Shown in pieces: positions 63,927 through 64,000 of a stretch of DNA of 64,000 nt. Below the pieces are notes generated by a model, which was not told the origin of the DNA, did no database searches, and worked only from the letters and a program-made list of their open reading frames with translations. Position numbers and translations under genes: made by a program. The stretch lies in the IMG/VR virus record IMGVR_UViG_3300045016_000151, positions 18,078 to 82,077 of that record; one strand, written 5' to 3'. The stretch is from a virus. Its lineage: Duplodnaviria; Heunggongvirae; Uroviricota; Caudoviricetes. Position 1 is the first letter of the stretch. The number at the start of each line of letters is the position of its first letter.

Positions 63927-64000
63927 AGTTATATAACTTAGTTTTCTATTGATATCACTTGTTTTAAAATTACCAGTGACGCTAATTCCATTATGTACAG

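Noticed and set aside
1-64000. Eukaryotic virus origin, suggested by Ro60 and major vault protein homologues
   Set aside because: The window shows Shine-Dalgarno sites, rho-independent terminators, bacterial-type beta/beta-prime motifs, a T4-like Pnk, an endolysin/holin cassette, and a tail fibre with an S74 domain. All point to a bacteriophage.
1-64000. CRISPR arrays or rRNA genes
   Set aside because: No regularly spaced direct repeats and no rRNA-like conserved blocks were seen. The only tandem repeat is the intragenic duplication in the fibre gene.

Overview
This AT-rich (~35% GC) window looks like part of a large tailed-phage (jumbo-phage-like) genome infecting a bacterium. It uses bacterial-style expression signals: AGGAG ribosome-binding sites, ATGA/TAATG stop-start overlaps, stem-loop plus T-run terminators, and a recurring extended -10 motif TGGTATAAGAAT.

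RNA-processing island (1-5500): a T4-type polynucleotide kinase/phosphatase (5' end cut by the window edge), an HNH/AP2 homing-endonuclease-like ORF, a HAD nucleotidase, tRNA-Ala(UGC), a tRNA-like element with a non-canonical core, further structured non-coding sequence, and a clear Ro60/Rsr orthologue (TROVE plus vWA domains). The non-coding cluster upstream of Ro60 is a candidate Y RNA.

Replication and transcription (7900-19700): an AEP-primase/SF3-helicase, a ClpA-like AAA+ unfoldase, and a 2026-aa single-chain RNA polymerase with beta fused to beta-prime. Both subunit motif sets are readable: GYNFEDG, GDKxAxRxGxKG and GGQ..ALLAHGA for beta; NRAPSLH and NMDFDGD for beta-prime.

Accessory block (20400-33700):
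- a MoxR-type AAA+ ATPase followed by a vWA-domain gene that is split into three exons by two group I-like introns. Each intron encodes a Vsr/PD-(D/E)xK-type homing endonuclease. The two intron 3' cores are conserved with compensatory base changes, and splicing restores the vWA GGT and TDGE motifs.
- a 190-bp GC-rich island dense in palindromes.
- a retron-type reverse transcriptase (NAxxH, YADD, VTG) with structured upstream sequence.
- a Cys-cluster protein, a protein with three tandem zinc-ribbon repeats, and a DEDDh exonuclease.
- an 826-aa major vault protein (MVP) homologue, followed by a mini protein-kinase-like ORF that ends at its DFG motif.

Morphogenesis and lysis (33800-64000): a lipoprotein, a GT4 glycosyltransferase, a T7-lysozyme-type amidase with holin-like membrane proteins, a 4936-aa fibre protein with a C-terminal S74 chaperone domain and a perfect ~490-bp internal tandem duplication, and three further tail-type proteins on the minus strand.

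No CRISPR array or rRNA was seen.
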